This document shows positions 27,336 through 42,508 of a DNA stretch of 64,000 bases, one piece after another. The translations under genes were made by a program, and so were the position numbers. This stretch comes from the human T2T-CHM13v2.0 reference genome, Homo sapiens: NCBI RefSeq assembly GCF_009914755.1, contig NC_060926.1, one strand, 5' to 3'. The notes below the pieces were generated by a model that saw only the letters and a list, made by a program, of their open reading frames with translations, had not been told where the DNA came from and did no database searches. The first letter of the stretch is position 1. Each line of letters begins with the position of its first letter.

Positions 27336-30300
27336 CAGCGCGTTAGCTTTCTGCACAGTGTGTGTGTGTGCACGGTGGGACCTCGAGTTGCTGTCCATCT
27401 GAACTGGCCTTTGGGTCCCCTGTGAGGCTGGCTCTGCCTATGGACTCATCATCCTAACAGTTGGAGATGAGGGGTCAGAGCCAGAACCAGGAATCCCTGT
27501 GCCTGAGAGGACAGGAAGTGCCCAGGTGGGGACTGGGGCTCCACAGCACAGCTCAGGTGTGGGCGCAGACCGTGTGTCCAGCTCAGAGCCAGGCCATCCA
27601 GCTCCTCCCTCCCCACTTCCCCACCAGTGCTGGCTCCTCCATTCCTTCACCAGGGTCTTAGGACCATGGGACATCTTTGGGACCTCTGCATCTCCCCAAC
27701 TCCTCCCCCTGCACCTCCAGGCCCCCAGCCTCAGCTCACATACTCCTGTGGACAGGGCGCTTACTCTGCTAGAAGCTTGTCTGGCTGCTAGGTGCACCTG
27801 CTGGGGTGATCCTCCAGGCAGGCCCCACCCAGAAGCGCCCGCTTCAGCATCCCCTCTCTGTCCCCAATGACAGTGTGTACCTGAGCTCAGCCCAGCCCAG
27901 CTCTCAGTGCCCACGACCCCTGAGGCTCAGATGGGCAGATCGGCAGGGGTACATGGAGTTCCCTCCTGGGTGTAGGCCCAGTGTGGGGAGAGGGGCCTGA
28001 GAACAGCCCAGAGTGGGCATCCACCTGGAGAGCATGTGGGTGGGGGTCCCATCTCCAACATCCAGGCCCACAGGGCTCTTGTCTCAGCCTGGAGGGGACC
28101 AGGAGGTAACAGCCCCTTCCCCCAATCAACCACAAGGACACCCAGCTGGGCAGCTCTGTGAGCTGGGTGGGGTCAGCCAGGTGGAAGTTGCTGCTGGGGG
28201 TTGCTGGGAGGAGAGGCATGGGCTGCCTTTCACGTGGGGCTAACTCAGACCTCTCTCCCCGACCTGCTAGGACCCCTCCAGAGGCCACTGCTGAACATGA
28301 AAAACACTACTGCTGTTCACTGGGGGAGGTGATAATGTTGACTGCAGGCAGTTGCCTCGGGGAGGAGCCCTCTTGGGAATCTTACTCAGCCTGGATGGGG
28401 AGAAATCTGGAAGAGGCTGTGTGTGAGCAGGCAGTGCAGGGAGGGCTTCCTGGAGGAGGGAGCCTGGCTTCCACCGCACAGGCCAAGGCACAGGGGCTGG
28501 GACCAGGGAAGGAGGTGTCTGGGCTGGGTCTCTCGCTTTATCTCGCTCTGGTTCACTGCAATAGGCTCATTGCTAACCAGGCCCGTCCCTCCCCAGCTCC
28601 AAACCCGACTATCAGGCAGGGAGGATTCTTCTACCCACCTGGCCACTCTCGGAGATGCAGACCCAGACCCTGGAGGGTGGGCCCAAAAGCTTCCAGGACC
28701 TTCTCTCCAGTGCAGATTCAGGGGGAAATGTCACTTCCTGTCACCACGGAAGCCGCACTACTACTTGTCGCAAACCACCAGTCACTACAGTAACACCCAA
28801 GCCCACTCTTATTCTTTGGGGTGCCATTTAAATTCGCCCTGGATGCTGTTACCATGGGGCTTTGACAGCCAGGAGCAGAGGCAGTGGGACACAGCAGCCA
28901 AGCCTCACCTGGGGGCTGCAGACAGTTCGTGTCCTGTCCATGTAGCTCCTCAAAGCTGCTCCAGGACACCAGGCAGGAGCTGAGGCAATGACCTGCCCAG
29001 GGAACACCAAAGAACCATCTCCCTGCAATCACCCCCAGCACAGGGAAAACCTGTAGTGAAGCAGATGGTGGTGAACTCAAAGGCCCCTGAGCTGGGGGGA
29101 GGTTGTTGGGTGGGGGCTTCACTCCCTGCCACCCTAGACACGATGGCCAGGGAGGGGTCAGGTGTGTGTGGGTGGTGGCTGCAGAGCCCTCCCTGCCTGC
29201 TGCAGGGGGATGCAGGTGGTCCAACACCATCCTGGGCCTGGTCAGCCCCGGTGCCAGCCTCAGCACAGTAGCGAGGAGTCCCCCAGGAGAGCCAGGAACC
29301 TCCATGGGAGGTGGGTGGGGGCGAGGCCCCCCCATGCTGTGCCCACCCCAGCCTCAGAGGGAGCTGCTGGCACTGTCCCCTCTTGAGCAGCAGCGCTTTT
29401 CCCGGACTCTAGGGAAGTAGCCATTAAGAGGCCCAAGAAACAATGGCTCCCTCCATGCAGGCCCCACACTCAGGCTCCCATTATCGCCCAGGCCCAGGTG
29501 GCACTGCCCAGCCCTGTCGGGTCCTCATCAGGCTCAGGACCTCCTTGTCCCACCCTGGAGGGGGTGGCTGATGGAGAGCTGAGTGTGGGGGGTGCCAGGG
29601 GAGGGGGCCTGGGAGAAGTGTTTCATCTCTGATGCCAGATGGTGGCACCAGGCTAGGAGGCACCGAGCTAGGTGCCATCCTGAGCACATGGCAGGTTTTA
29701 ACTCCTTCAGGCCTCATGACAGCCTCACTATCACATGCATTTTACAGCAGGGAAAACTGAGGCCTGAGGGTCCCTGCGCCCACTGTGCTCCCACCCCAGT
29801 AACAGGTTGATGCAGGGGAGGCTAATGACAGCAGTGATGTACGTCACTCCCAGCTAGAGAGAGGCCAACGCCCCTGGCCTGTAAGCTTCATGACTCAGTG
29901 CAGAGCCAGCACCTGGGGCTGCTGGGCCAGAACTCTGAGGGCCGTCTCCTCATGCTGAATTCCCTACTGACTTCCAGATTGTCCAACCCCAACCCCTGAG
30001 GCCATCTGGACAGTGGCAGCTGCTGCTAACCCACAGGCCCCTCTGTGGAGTCCCTATCGGCCTGGCCTTGAGCTGCTACCCATGGTGGAGAGCAGGTGTG
30101 GCTTGCTCCAGCCAGGAAGCCTCTGGGCTCCTGGGGATTGGGAGAGTGGCCGGGGGTGATTCAGACCTCCAAAGTGGGCAGGAAGGTGGATGGCCCACAC
30201 TGGGCTGTTCTCAGGCCCCTCTCCCCACACTGGGCCCACAGCCCAGCCACCCTGGGCTTCTAGCACAAGGATAAAGGAGGCTCCAGCAGCTCTTGCCTGG

Positions 30301-31878
30301 AAAAGACTGTGGTACCTCCTGTCCCCGACAGTTCAGGGAGGGAGGGGTTGCTGGGGGCTGCTGGCCCGTGGCTGTTACTGACCGGGTCAGGGTGGGAATG
30401 GAGAGGTCCAGGCCCTGACATCTGCGGGGTGCAGGTGGGATGTGCCCCAGCTGCAGCATGGCCCTCTCCCAACCCCAGCCTGTCCTGACCCTCAGTGACC
30501 CACACCCTAGAGTCAGAGCTGTGTTCTGTCCTCTGCGGAATCCAGTGGAGCCTGGACACAGCTGCCCCCCTCCGTGTTGGGGTCACCCTCGGCTGTCCCA
30601 CGTCGGGGTTCCCTCATCTGCCCCCTTGTGCAGTGGTTCCTAGAGATCACTCTCACAAGCATCACATGCATGGCTCAAGGTCAGCACCAGTGCCCCTGGT
30701 GCAGTGCCCGCTGTCCAGCCCACACCGGCCACCCTGGGGGGCGCAGTGGAGCCTGCGGTAACAGGAGCCTCGCTCCTTCAGGCCCCACTCCCCTTCCACA
30801 CAGGCTGGCCGCTGGACTGAGGCTCATGGGCTGCCTGCCTTGTGCTAAAAATGGATCCCCAGACTTTCTGGGTTTAATAATACAATCCTGACCTCCCCAG
30901 GGCCCTCCCCATTTTGTGGGAGCACCCCAAACATCTTCCACTGGAAAAATAGGCCACATAAGCCCAGGCATCCAGGAGCCCAAGGTCTGATGCCCAGGGA
31001 GGGAAGGGCTTTCCAAGGCTCTTCCCCCAGTGCCCAGCACCCCTGCCAGCATCCCACAGTACAGTGGGGGAGGTGCTGTTGGGTGTCCATTGGGAGCCAG
31101 CCCCAGGGGCACAATGTACAGCAGCACTTTCCTGTCGTCATGGCTACACTGCAGCCATGAGTGACCAGGGCTGTTTCTGTCCAGGAGACACGCTGTCCCG
31201 CCCCGTACACTCACCCTCTGCTCTCCCTGCCCACCCTACTCTGGCCTGGCCTGGGGTCCCCGAGCCTCAGTGGCTCAGCCACCAGCCCCGCCAGCTGCCT
31301 GCCCAAACGGATGCTCCCCAGGCCACCCAGACCCGAGGGACTGGAGAGAGCTCTTCTCCTGGCCATTCAACCACCCCTCAGCCTCCCTCCACCCTGCCCT
31401 GCATTTGGAGAGTCTCTGTGACCCATCCTCCACACAAGGAACTCACAGGAATGCCCCTCTCTTTTCAGGGACAGGTCTGCTGGCATCAGGGAGCATTGAG
31501 GGAAGCACATGGAGAGGGGGACTGGGGTCCCCCATGACTGTGCCCCAGCAGCCTCCCCCACTACCTTCCCCAACAGGGGATGCTCCCAGACACTTCTGAG
31601 CTGCCATGGGTGCCCATTTCACAGGTAGGGAAACCAAGGCTCAGATCCAGGGAGCTGCATTTATGTGCGCCTCCACCCGTCTTTCTCCACAAGCCCCAGG
31701 AGCTCAGGGGCAACAATGGGGACTATGGGGAGCCCGTGCCCTGCCTGCCCCAACCCTGCCACAGGCCCACAGGCTCCCCCTGGGGATGTGGCTGCCCACC
31801 TGCGAAGCTGTGTCCTCATCACTCAGGTCTGAGCTGTGCAGAGCTGGTTCCAGTGGCTGCAGGAACCACAGTCGCAGA

Positions 31879-32027
31879 CCTGGAAGAAGCAAGGATCCTC
31901 CCCAAGAGTCTGCAGAGGGAGCGCATTTCTGCCCACACCTTGATTTTGGACTTGTGGCCTCCAGAACTGTAAGAGAATAAATTTCTGATGTTGTAAGCCA
32001 TCACTACAGCAGCCCGCGAACACTAAC
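31879..32027 (+). mobile_element. MLT1 LTR 3' fragment
   Basis: caccttgattttggacttgtggcctccagaactgtaagagaataaatttctg. Confidence 0.8.
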
Positions 32028-32074
32028 GTAGCTCAATACGTCCAGGCTCCTCTCTCTGTTTGTTGTTGTTCTAG

Positions 32075-32240
32075 GTTTTTCTGAGACAGGGTCCGGCTCT
32101 GTCCCTCAGGCTGAAGTGCAGTGGCACAATCACAGCTCACTGTAACCTCCATCCCCTGGGCTCAAGCCATCCTCTTGCCTCAGCCTCCCCCCACAGCTGG
32201 GACTACAGGCAGTGTTGCCATGGCTGGCCAACTTTTAAAT
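32075..32240 (-). mobile_element. Alu monomer (FLAM/FRAM/AluJ) at the GC-to-AT junction
   Basis: tgagacagggtc...caggctgaagtgcagtggcacaatcacagctcactg...gctgggactacagg. Confidence 0.8.
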
Positions 32241-33312
32241 TAGGTAACCCTTCCCAATAACTTTCACGATTAGTTAACATCTTCTACATTCCTATTTATT
32301 TTCCCCTTTTTAATACAAACACATGCCCATTAAATAAGCAAAATAGGAAAAAATTTTAATCACCCAAAGCCCTACCATCTACTTACCAGAGAGACAATAA
32401 TGGCACAAGGATATACTGCCAAATTACACTAACTTTTAGTAATCCAAAGCAATAGAAAAATCTCCAGTTTTCAATTTATTCTTCTTAGATTTCTAATCAA
32501 GAAAACCTATTTTCTATACTAATGCAAATACATACAAAAGGAAAAGACACACTTATGAAGCAAAGGGATGAACTGGAGTCCTAATGTTACGAGAGGCTGG
32601 TAGTCATTTATTTGTCATCACTGAGGTATTTTCAGAAAATAGCCATGGTTCCCAGAACTTTAACAAGCACAATGATCCACTCTTAGATACTTGAAAGTCA
32701 GATAAGAAGACATCTATCCCTTAACTAGTTGTTATGCACTATATGTGAATAAAACCATATAATTTAAATTTCCTCAATTAATTCTCACAGACAGTACGCA
32801 ACCTCACATCACCATGATCTTTTACATAAATGTCAATGTTCTATTGTAAATCGTGACAGACTATCTACATAGAATACTCATGATTTACAATTTGAGATTG
32901 TCAACCCAGCCAGTAACCTGTGTAGCACTGAATTCAAATACCAGAAAGAGGACCCAGATTCCCTCACCACCTAGCAGAGCTCAAGTGAGCTACACAGCCC
33001 GGTAGGAAATGGGGACTAAGTAAAAGGTTGTAAGCAGGTACTACTATAGTCAGATGAGTTTTTGACAGGTTATTCTAAAAGCACTGAGAAAAGAAAACTG
33101 TTGTAATATTCCAGATAAGATCACTTGGTCTGTAAAAGGACAGTGTCAAGGATATAGAAAAGAACCATCAAGGAATTTCAGAGGGTAACCTGGATGTGAT
33201 TATATAGTACCACATCAAATGATCATCAAGCTCAAAGAAGGCACAGGGGAGCAGGAGGCTGCTTTCCCCAGGTACTGTCTTTCCCAGGCTTGCCCAGCAG
33301 TCCTGGAAACTG

Positions 33313-33316
<4 letters not shown>

Positions 33317-33365
<49 letters not shown>

Positions 33366-33372
33366 TATATAT
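33317..33372. repeat. (CA)n/(TA)n microsatellite
   Basis: Visible dinucleotide runs. Confidence 0.9.
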
Positions 33373-33706
33373 ACTTGTTCTTTGCCATCTGATCACACTA
33401 GAAATGCCTGAAAATAAACCAGTTCCAGTATTAGTACAAACACTGTGACTAGTGTCCTGAGGACCGCTTTGATTGATCTCATTATCCCTGCTTTCTAATC
33501 TAACCTCCATCTCCTGGGCTCAAGCCATCCTCTTGCCTCAGTCTCCCCCATAGCTGGGACTACAGGGAGTGTTGCCATGTATTAAATATTAAATCTGAAA
33601 ATTAAGTGAGAAAAGATTTAAAGAATGGCAAAAAGAGACAGGAAGAGAGATTTTAGGATGTTACTGCTGTGTTGGTAAGAGATAAAAAATAAATGTCTTC
33701 CTCCAG

Positions 33707-34290
33707 CGTGGCAATACCTCAAGGATCTAGAACTAGAAATATTTGACCCAGCCATCCCATTACTGGGTATATACCCAAAGGATTATAAATCATGTTGCTA
33801 TAAAGACACATGCACACGTATGTTTATTGCAGCTCTATTCACAATAGCAAAGACTTGGAACCAACCCAAATGTCCATCAATGATAGACTGGATTCAGAAA
33901 ATGTGGCACATATACACCATGGAATACTATGCAGCCATAAAAAAGGATGAGTTCATGTCCTTTGTAGGGACATGGATGAAGCTGGAAACCATCATTCTGA
34001 GCAAACTATCGCAAGGACAGAAAACCAAACACCACCATGTTCTCACTCATAGGTGGGAACTGAACAATGAGAACACGTGGACACAGGAAGGGGAACATCA
34101 CACACCGGGGCCTGTCATGGGGTGGGGGGAGGGGGGAGGGATAGCATTAGGAAATATTCCTAATGTAAATGATGAGTTAATGAGTGCAGCACACCAACAT
34201 GGCACATGTATACATATGTAACAAACCTGCACATTGTGCCCATGTACCCTAGAACTTAAAGTATAATAAAAATAAAAAATAAAAAAAAAA
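33707..34290 (+). mobile_element. L1PA 3' end (5'-truncated) with TSD
   Basis: ORF2 C-terminus MFIAALFTIAKTWNQPKCPS..., G-rich 3'UTR, A-tail; TSD gtcttcctc(c/a)ag at 33695-33706 / 34291-34302. Confidence 0.92.
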
Positions 34291-34324
34291 GTCTTCCTCA
34301 AGTTTACCATCAAAAAGTGCTATA

Positions 34325-37020
34325 CATGATTTGCAAGTATTTTCTTCCATCTTGTGGGTTGTCTTTTCAGTTTCTTGATGGTGTCCTTTGAAGTGCAAAA
34401 ATGTTTAATTTTGATGAAGTCCAATTCATCAATTTTTATTCTTGTTGCTGGTCTCATATTTAAGAAAACTTTGCCAAATCCAAGGTCATGACAACTTACT
34501 CCTGTTTGCTTCTCAGGATTTTATAGTTTTAGTCCTTACATTTATGTGGATTCACTCAAAATGGATCCATTTGATCCATTTTTTTTTTGCATCGTTTTTG
34601 TACAGGGTGTTGGGTAAAGGTCCTACTCCAGGTTTTGCATATGTTTACATATCTAGTTGTCCCTGGGCCAGTTTTCAAACTTCTTTCCCCACTGAATAAT
34701 CTTGGCACCCCTGTCAAAAATCAGTTGGTTATATATGTATGGGTTCATATCTGACTGTCAATTCTATCCCACTGGTCTATACATCTACCCTTCTGCCAGT
34801 ATTATATTGTCCTTATTACCATTGTCTTGTAGTAAGTTATAAAGTCAGTAAGTATGAGTTCTCCTACACTGTTCCTCATTTTCAAAAGATTATTTTGGCT
34901 ATTCTCAGTCCCTTACAATTCCATATGAATTTGAGAGTCAGCTTGTCGATTTTACAAAGAACTCATCTGGGATTCTGACAGGGATGAAGTTAAATCTGTA
35001 GATGAGTTTACGGAGGACTGCCATCTTAAATGTTAAGCCTTCGGTCCATGATCATGGGATACTTTTACATTTATTTAGATCTTCTTTCACTTCTTTCGAC
35101 AATGTTTTATAGTTTTCAGAGTACAAGTTTTACACTTCTTAAATTTATTAGTAAGTATTTTATTCTTGTTGATGCTATGATAAATGAAGTTGCTTTCTTA
35201 ATTTCATTTTCTGATTGCTCATTGTGAGTATGTAGTACTCAGTTAAAGTGTGTCAAATACTATTGATTTTTGTATATTGATCTTGTATCCTGCAACCCTG
35301 ATGAACACAAGGGATTTGTATCTAGAATACATATGGAAGAATTACAATTCAGTAAATAAAAAGACGAAACAACCCAATTAGAGATGGATAATTCAAGAAT
35401 GGATAAACAAACTGCAATACATGCAAACAAATGGAATATTATTCAGCAATTTGAAAAATAAGCTATCAAGCCATGAAAAAAACACAGAAGAACCCTAAAT
35501 GTATACTGCTAGGTGAAAGAAGCCAGTCTGAAAAGGATACATACTACATGATCTATTACATGACATTCTGGGAGAGGCAAAATTAGAGAGAGTGAAAAGA
35601 TCAGTAATGACCGGGGGTAGGAGAAAGAGGAGGAGGAGGAACGAATCAGTGGAGCACAGGAGATTTTTAGGGCAATGAAATTGTTCTACATAATACTGTA
35701 ATGGTGGGTACATGACATTATACATTTGTCAAATCCAGAAATTTATGAAACACAGAGTGAACCCTAATGTAAACTATGAACTTCAGATATAAGTATCAGT
35801 TCATCAAATCTAATAAATGTAGCACAGTAACGCAAGATGTTAAGAGTCGGGAAGACTGGGCGGGGGCATTGTAGGGGAGCATATGTGAACTCTCTGCACT
35901 TTTCTATTTTTTCTAAAACTGCTAGGAAAAAAGAGTCTACTATGTTTTTAAAATAAAATGATCCCTAGCAGGAAAAAAAATGGCAAAAGATCTCAACAAA
36001 TATTTCTCCAAAGAAGATATACACATGGCCAATAAGCATGCAATAAGACACTGGACATTACTGTCACCGTGAAAATACAAATCAAAACCACAGTGAGATA
36101 CAATTTCACATACATTACAATGGCTACAATTAAAAAGTCACAGTGCTTGTGAAGATGTGGAGAAACTGAAATTTTAATACACCGCTGGAGGGAATAAAAA
36201 ATAATGCAGCCATTTCAAAAAGTAGTTTGGCAGTTCCTCAATTAGACAGTTATCACGCATCCGAGCAATTCTGCTCCAGATATACACCAAAGAGAAATGT
36301 CTACACAAAAACTTGTACACCAATGTTTATAGCAGCATTATTCGTAATGGCCAAAAGGGGTTAGCAATGTCCTAAATGTCCATCAACTGACAAGTGGATA
36401 AACAAAATCCAGTGTATCCATGTAACAGACTATCATTCGGCCATAAAAAGTAAGTACTGATACATGTTATAGCATAGACAAATCTTGCAAGCATTATGCC
36501 AAGTGAAAGAATCCAGTAACAAAAGCCCGTATGATATATAATCCCATTTATATGAAACACACGCAGTAGGGAATCCAGAGACAGAAAGATTGGTGATTTC
36601 CAGCGCTACAACTGCGGGGGTGCAGATGAGGGATGTGGAGAGATGGAATTGAAAGCTAAAGGGCACAGGAGGCAGGGTGTTGTGGTCCATGCCTGTACTC
36701 GTATAGCTACTAGGGAGGCTGAGGTGGGAGGATCATTTGAGCCCAGGAGTTCAAGGCTGCACTAAGTATGATTACACCACTGTACTCCAGCCTGGGCTGG
36801 TTGACTGAGCAAGACCCCATCTCTTAAAAAAATAAATAAATAAAAATAAAATAAGGTAAAGGGCATAGGATTTGATTTGGTTTTTTTTGAGGTGGAGAAA
36901 CAATTCTAGAATTGATTGGAATGCTGGTTACCAACATCTGTGAATATGCTAAAACCACTGACCTGTATACTTCAAGTGGGTGAATTACATGGTATGTCAA
37001 TTACCAATAAAGCTGTTTTA
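34325..37020. mobile_element. Mosaic of old L1M fragments (antisense to ~35300, sense after), with an Alu monomer at ~36670-36855
   Basis: L1 ORF2 and 3'UTR motifs on both strands; subfamilies not resolved. Confidence 0.7.
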
Positions 37021-37327
37021 GAAATCCTAGTATTTGCTGTGCTGTTACTGTGGCAAAGTACCACATGGCAATAATTGCACAGCCAGCCCTACCATTACAG
37101 TATGACACAGGAAAACTTAAAACTGCACTTGCGATCAAGCTAGATGCAGAGCATATTAGCACAGCAAAAAATAAATGACTACACTAAAGACCCATCCTTC
37201 AAGGATTACAGAATTTAAATGCTGAAAAGGAGAGTACAACTCCTCTGTTTTTTTAAAAAAGGTAAGAACTCATAACTCAGTCACTTGTAAAATTCTGGAT
37301 TGCTAAGAGATTTTCAAATAGAATTTA

Positions 37328-37726
<399 letters not shown>

Positions 37727-37954
37727 TCATGCACTTTGGTGATTTAGGAGAATCATAGCATTATCCAACTAGGGTTTGCTTCAACTCATAATTCTGCAAA
37801 TTCTGTTCATCATAAAGCTGAACCCATGAAAGTTTTAGGTGCAGTCTGATAAACAGAATATAATGGGAATGTACCAGAATAGCAACCTGTAGAGGAATGG
37901 AAATGCATATTATATACATACTATGTATGTGATACATAAATATTTATGTATACG

Positions 37955-39230
37955 CAGATTGAGTATCCCTTCTGTGAAATGTTTGGAACCAGAAGTATTT
38001 TGGGTTTTGGAATTTTTTTTGGATTTTAGAATATTTGCATCTACGTGAGGTATCTTGGGGATGAGACCCAAGTCTAAACGTGAAATTCACTTATGTTTCA
38101 TATATCTTATACACATAGCCTAAAGGTAATTTTATATAATATTTCAAATAATTTTGTACAGGAAACAAAGTTTGTGTACACGGAACCATCAGAAGCAAAG
38201 GTGTCACTATCTCAGCTACCATGTGGAAAATCTGTGGCTGTCTGACATCACTGACCACCATTTCTGACTCCGAATTTATATGCTACTGATGAGCAATCAT
38301 TTTCACACACTTATTCACACAGAAGTAAAAAATATGACATGCCATTAATACAGTAAAAAATAATAAGCAACACAGTAGCATCACCAGAATACCTGCATCA
38401 GCTGTTAAACAGCTGTACAAACAATGGCAGGCTTTCAGGCTCCACCTACAAGGTTGTGTTTTGATTAAACGGTTACTGTACATTGTATTTTTTTTCTTTT
38501 TTTAGGTGAGAAGAAATATCAGAAGAGCTGAGCAACTAAGGAGGTGAGTCCTCTGAGACTGAGGTGGCATTCTGCCAGATGGCTTTTTATAATGTTTCTC
38601 CAGAGTCATCTGCCTCATCATCAACGGCTTTTGTCTTGGAAGTCTCTCTTTAATTTTATAAACTGACGTGACCTCTTGTTCTGTTATGAATGCAGGTAGC
38701 TCTAGTCCTTCAATATCTTGAATATCTCTATCACACATTTTCACCATGTCATCCATACCTTTACACTACAGTCCAATTTCTCCAACAGCTTGACTTTCTG
38801 TGTTATAAGCGTTTCTACTTTTCCTTATCATTGCTGCTCGTAGGGATATCTACAGGCCTTATTGACATTTTCAGTATGTTAACACCACAGAGCAGAGAAT
38901 AAGCAAAAATACACAACGGGTAATGCACTTATGTCCCATCTGTGGGGATCCTGCCATTGGCGTGTCCAGCTTGCACATGTGCCATTCTGTGACCCTTTGT
39001 GGGCGTGCTTGCATGGGGAAATCTGAGCACGTGTAGACAAGTTATACTGCAGCTGAAGGGGGCTGAGAGGGTCTTTTTTCACTACGGAACGTCAAATAAA
39101 CTGTGTGTTGTACACCTGCATTTTGACTGGGACATCAAAATCCACACGTAGTGTCATGTCAGTGCTCAAAAAGTTTCAGATTTTGGAGCATTTCAAATTT
39201 CAGATTTTCAGATTAGGGATGCTCAACCTC
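37955..39230 (-). mobile_element. Tigger4/MER46 (Zombi)-type DNA transposon, internally deleted
   Basis: Terminal inverted repeats cagattgagtatccct / agggatgctcaacct; transposase-like remnant in ORF 38502-38756(-). Confidence 0.8.
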
Positions 39231-41880
39231 TAAAGTTAAGGTAATAGGTTGCTTGGTTGCCATGACACTAAAAAATGTGTCTTCTGCAACTGTAAACTTT
39301 GGGTTTGAGAAGACAGTATTGGCTAAGAAGTTCCTCCAGTTCAGCTTCAAAGACCTAGCTATAAAAATGCAAAGCAAAGGGACAAACATTATTTGGCATC
39401 ATTCCCTGAAAAATAAATGGCTCCATCACAATAACAGATACATGATCCAAAACAAAGCTGCTTGTCCTCAGGGGTGGATGACAACGCCCAGTGCTTCCAC
39501 CACTGCAGTAGCATTAAAACTACCCCTCACTGAGAGATAAAATGATGGTGGCGCTTTATTAGTCTGCATGTCCCAAAGGAACAGCAAAGGGACTGTCTGC
39601 CACTGCATGCAGAGTAAGAAGGTTTGATTAGGATACTCCCCAATTCTGACACTCTCCACCATCACTGGCAAACTATGAGGATGAAAAGTCCTTGATGTAT
39701 TACTGTTTGTATGTCATACTCACATTTTTGGCTGACATTAGAGAAAGAAGAGGTTTAAATCAGGTGGAAATCCTAGGTTAAGTTTAAAACATGTTTTCAA
39801 ATCTCAAAAACTAAACCTATTATGTATGTGCACGACCCATAAATACGCTTCACACTCCATCCGGCTCACTCCATAATTTGTGAACCTTTTGTCTGTAAGC
39901 CCTCAATGAACGGTCCAAAAATGGGCTTTGCCTCCAGTGACTATAAAGCCACTACCTGGTCACCACTCTCTGCTCTATCAGGGATGATCTGTAACTAGCA
40001 GGTGGGGTCTGGAAACAGTCTTCTGCTGACTGTCCTGGGCTGAACTGCCTGAAGGGTAAGTGACCATAAAGCATGGAAAACTGTCATTAGCTGAAAAAAA
40101 TAAACTCAGCACCTAGGACAATAGATACATGCCATATACTCCAAAATAGATGACGGGTCTCCAACTTGTTTTCTGCCTCTTAGGAGCTTATAAAACTAAG
40201 GTCACAATTAGTGGGGAAGGGAGGAGACAGATGATCTTCACTGCCTTAGTTATAAACTTGCTTTGGTCTATGGTGATCCTGTGTTAAACTGTGAAATAGA
40301 ATCTATCATCCTGGCTCTCAGAGGCCCTTGACTTCATCCTTTTAGTGCTTTTCTTACTTATTTTCAAACCTTCACGTCTCTCACATTGAAAATCCCAACT
40401 CTTAATACCCTCTCTAACAAACTACCCCTTCCCACCAACCACCACCACCTACCTCACTCTATCATCTAAATCTGTTTCGAGATATAAAAATCTTAGTAAT
40501 TTATATCTTAACACAAATTACATACTACCTCTTCAAAAAGCAAGTTAAGCCTGATTCTAATTGTGGGATGAAAAGCTTTTTCCCTATGAAGAAATTTTAA
40601 ATATCATCAAGCATGTGGAGAGGTGCTAGCGAGGGCATGGAGCAAGGATCAAATTCCATAGGCGATTGTTTTCTCTATTTTTGTATAAAAATGTCCTTGC
40701 CCCAATTACAGCCTCCACCAAGTAAAAAAAAAAAAAAAAAAACATTTGGTGATATTAGCAAGCAAGTTTCCCAACTCTCCCTTGCCCACCTCTTTGGCCT
40801 AAACTCTGCAGGTGATTTATTTAAAAAAGAGAAGCGTCCTTTGGGTAACGGATGTATCACTTCCTACTCTCTTAAACCAAACTCCAATGCTGCATCTTAG
40901 ATAAAAGCCCTCGAATCTGGCCTCCTGAAGTCATGCTGTCATTTAACTTGGCTCCAGGCCCCCGATACTCCCCTGCAGGGAGAGGGCCTGCTCTTTGCCC
41001 CAGCCTGTATCCCATTCCTACTTTCTTTCACTCAGTCCCCCTCCACATCCAGCACACCTCTGGCTATATTTTATTAGTAGTAGTAAACTTTATTTTTTAT
41101 CAAAAAGGGGTGGGGGTATTTTTGAGCTTATGTTGCAGAATACTTTATATAAGCCTACAATATACATTCTGTTCATTAGATTTATAGCTGCGCCAACTAC
41201 ATAAGCTGAGACGCTTGGTAGAAGCAACAGAACAAACTTCTCTAGTTTTGCAAATATAACATTTGACTAATACTAATTTAGAATGGAAATTAATTATTTT
41301 CAAAATATTTAACTTCTTGTAACTTTTTAGCAAAAAAAAAAAAAAATACACTACTGTCCGAGTAAAACAGGGCACTTCCTATTTAAGGAGAAAGCCAAGC
41401 TGATAATGCCATCATACCGCCTAGCATTCTCATGTATATGACACTGATTTGACTTAGAAAGAAAAAAGTTTTAATACTCTCTTCTACTTCCCACTAGCAG
41501 GAAATTCCATTCTTGCCTTTCCTTTTCACCATTTCTTCTACGATCACCTAGAAAAATGATGTCTGGTGCATATTAGGCCCCTAATAAAGGAATAAAGAAA
41601 TGTGTGAAAGGAATTTCTTGAATAACTATTTCAAAACTTTTTGAGCAAGAAGACTATTATTAAGAGTGTTCCCATGAGCAGGCAACAAACAATGACAAAA
41701 GCTATTATTCAGAGATAAAAATGTCCAAAACATAGATAGGATATAAATCTCTATCAGTGCATGACAGGTATCTATCAAAAAGTCTCAAAAAAATACCAAG
41801 AAACATCACAACCAAATGCATGAAACTTGAATGAAATCTGGATCAAAACAAACAAAAACCAGCCATAAAGATATTCTTGG

Positions 41881-42508
<628 letters not shown>

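Noticed and set aside
19671-32023. Dozens of overlapping Pro/Gly/Arg-rich ORFs
   Set aside because: Expected stop-codon scarcity in GC-rich DNA; only the TEKT4 exons have homology and splice support. I looked for C1QTNF8 or SSTR5 remnants and recognised none.
33160-33310. Possible further ASNS exon
   Set aside because: Minus-strand translation does not resemble the ASNS sequence expected after CSEAKG.
33820-34221. 133-aa ORF
   Set aside because: C-terminal fragment of L1 ORF2 in a truncated element.
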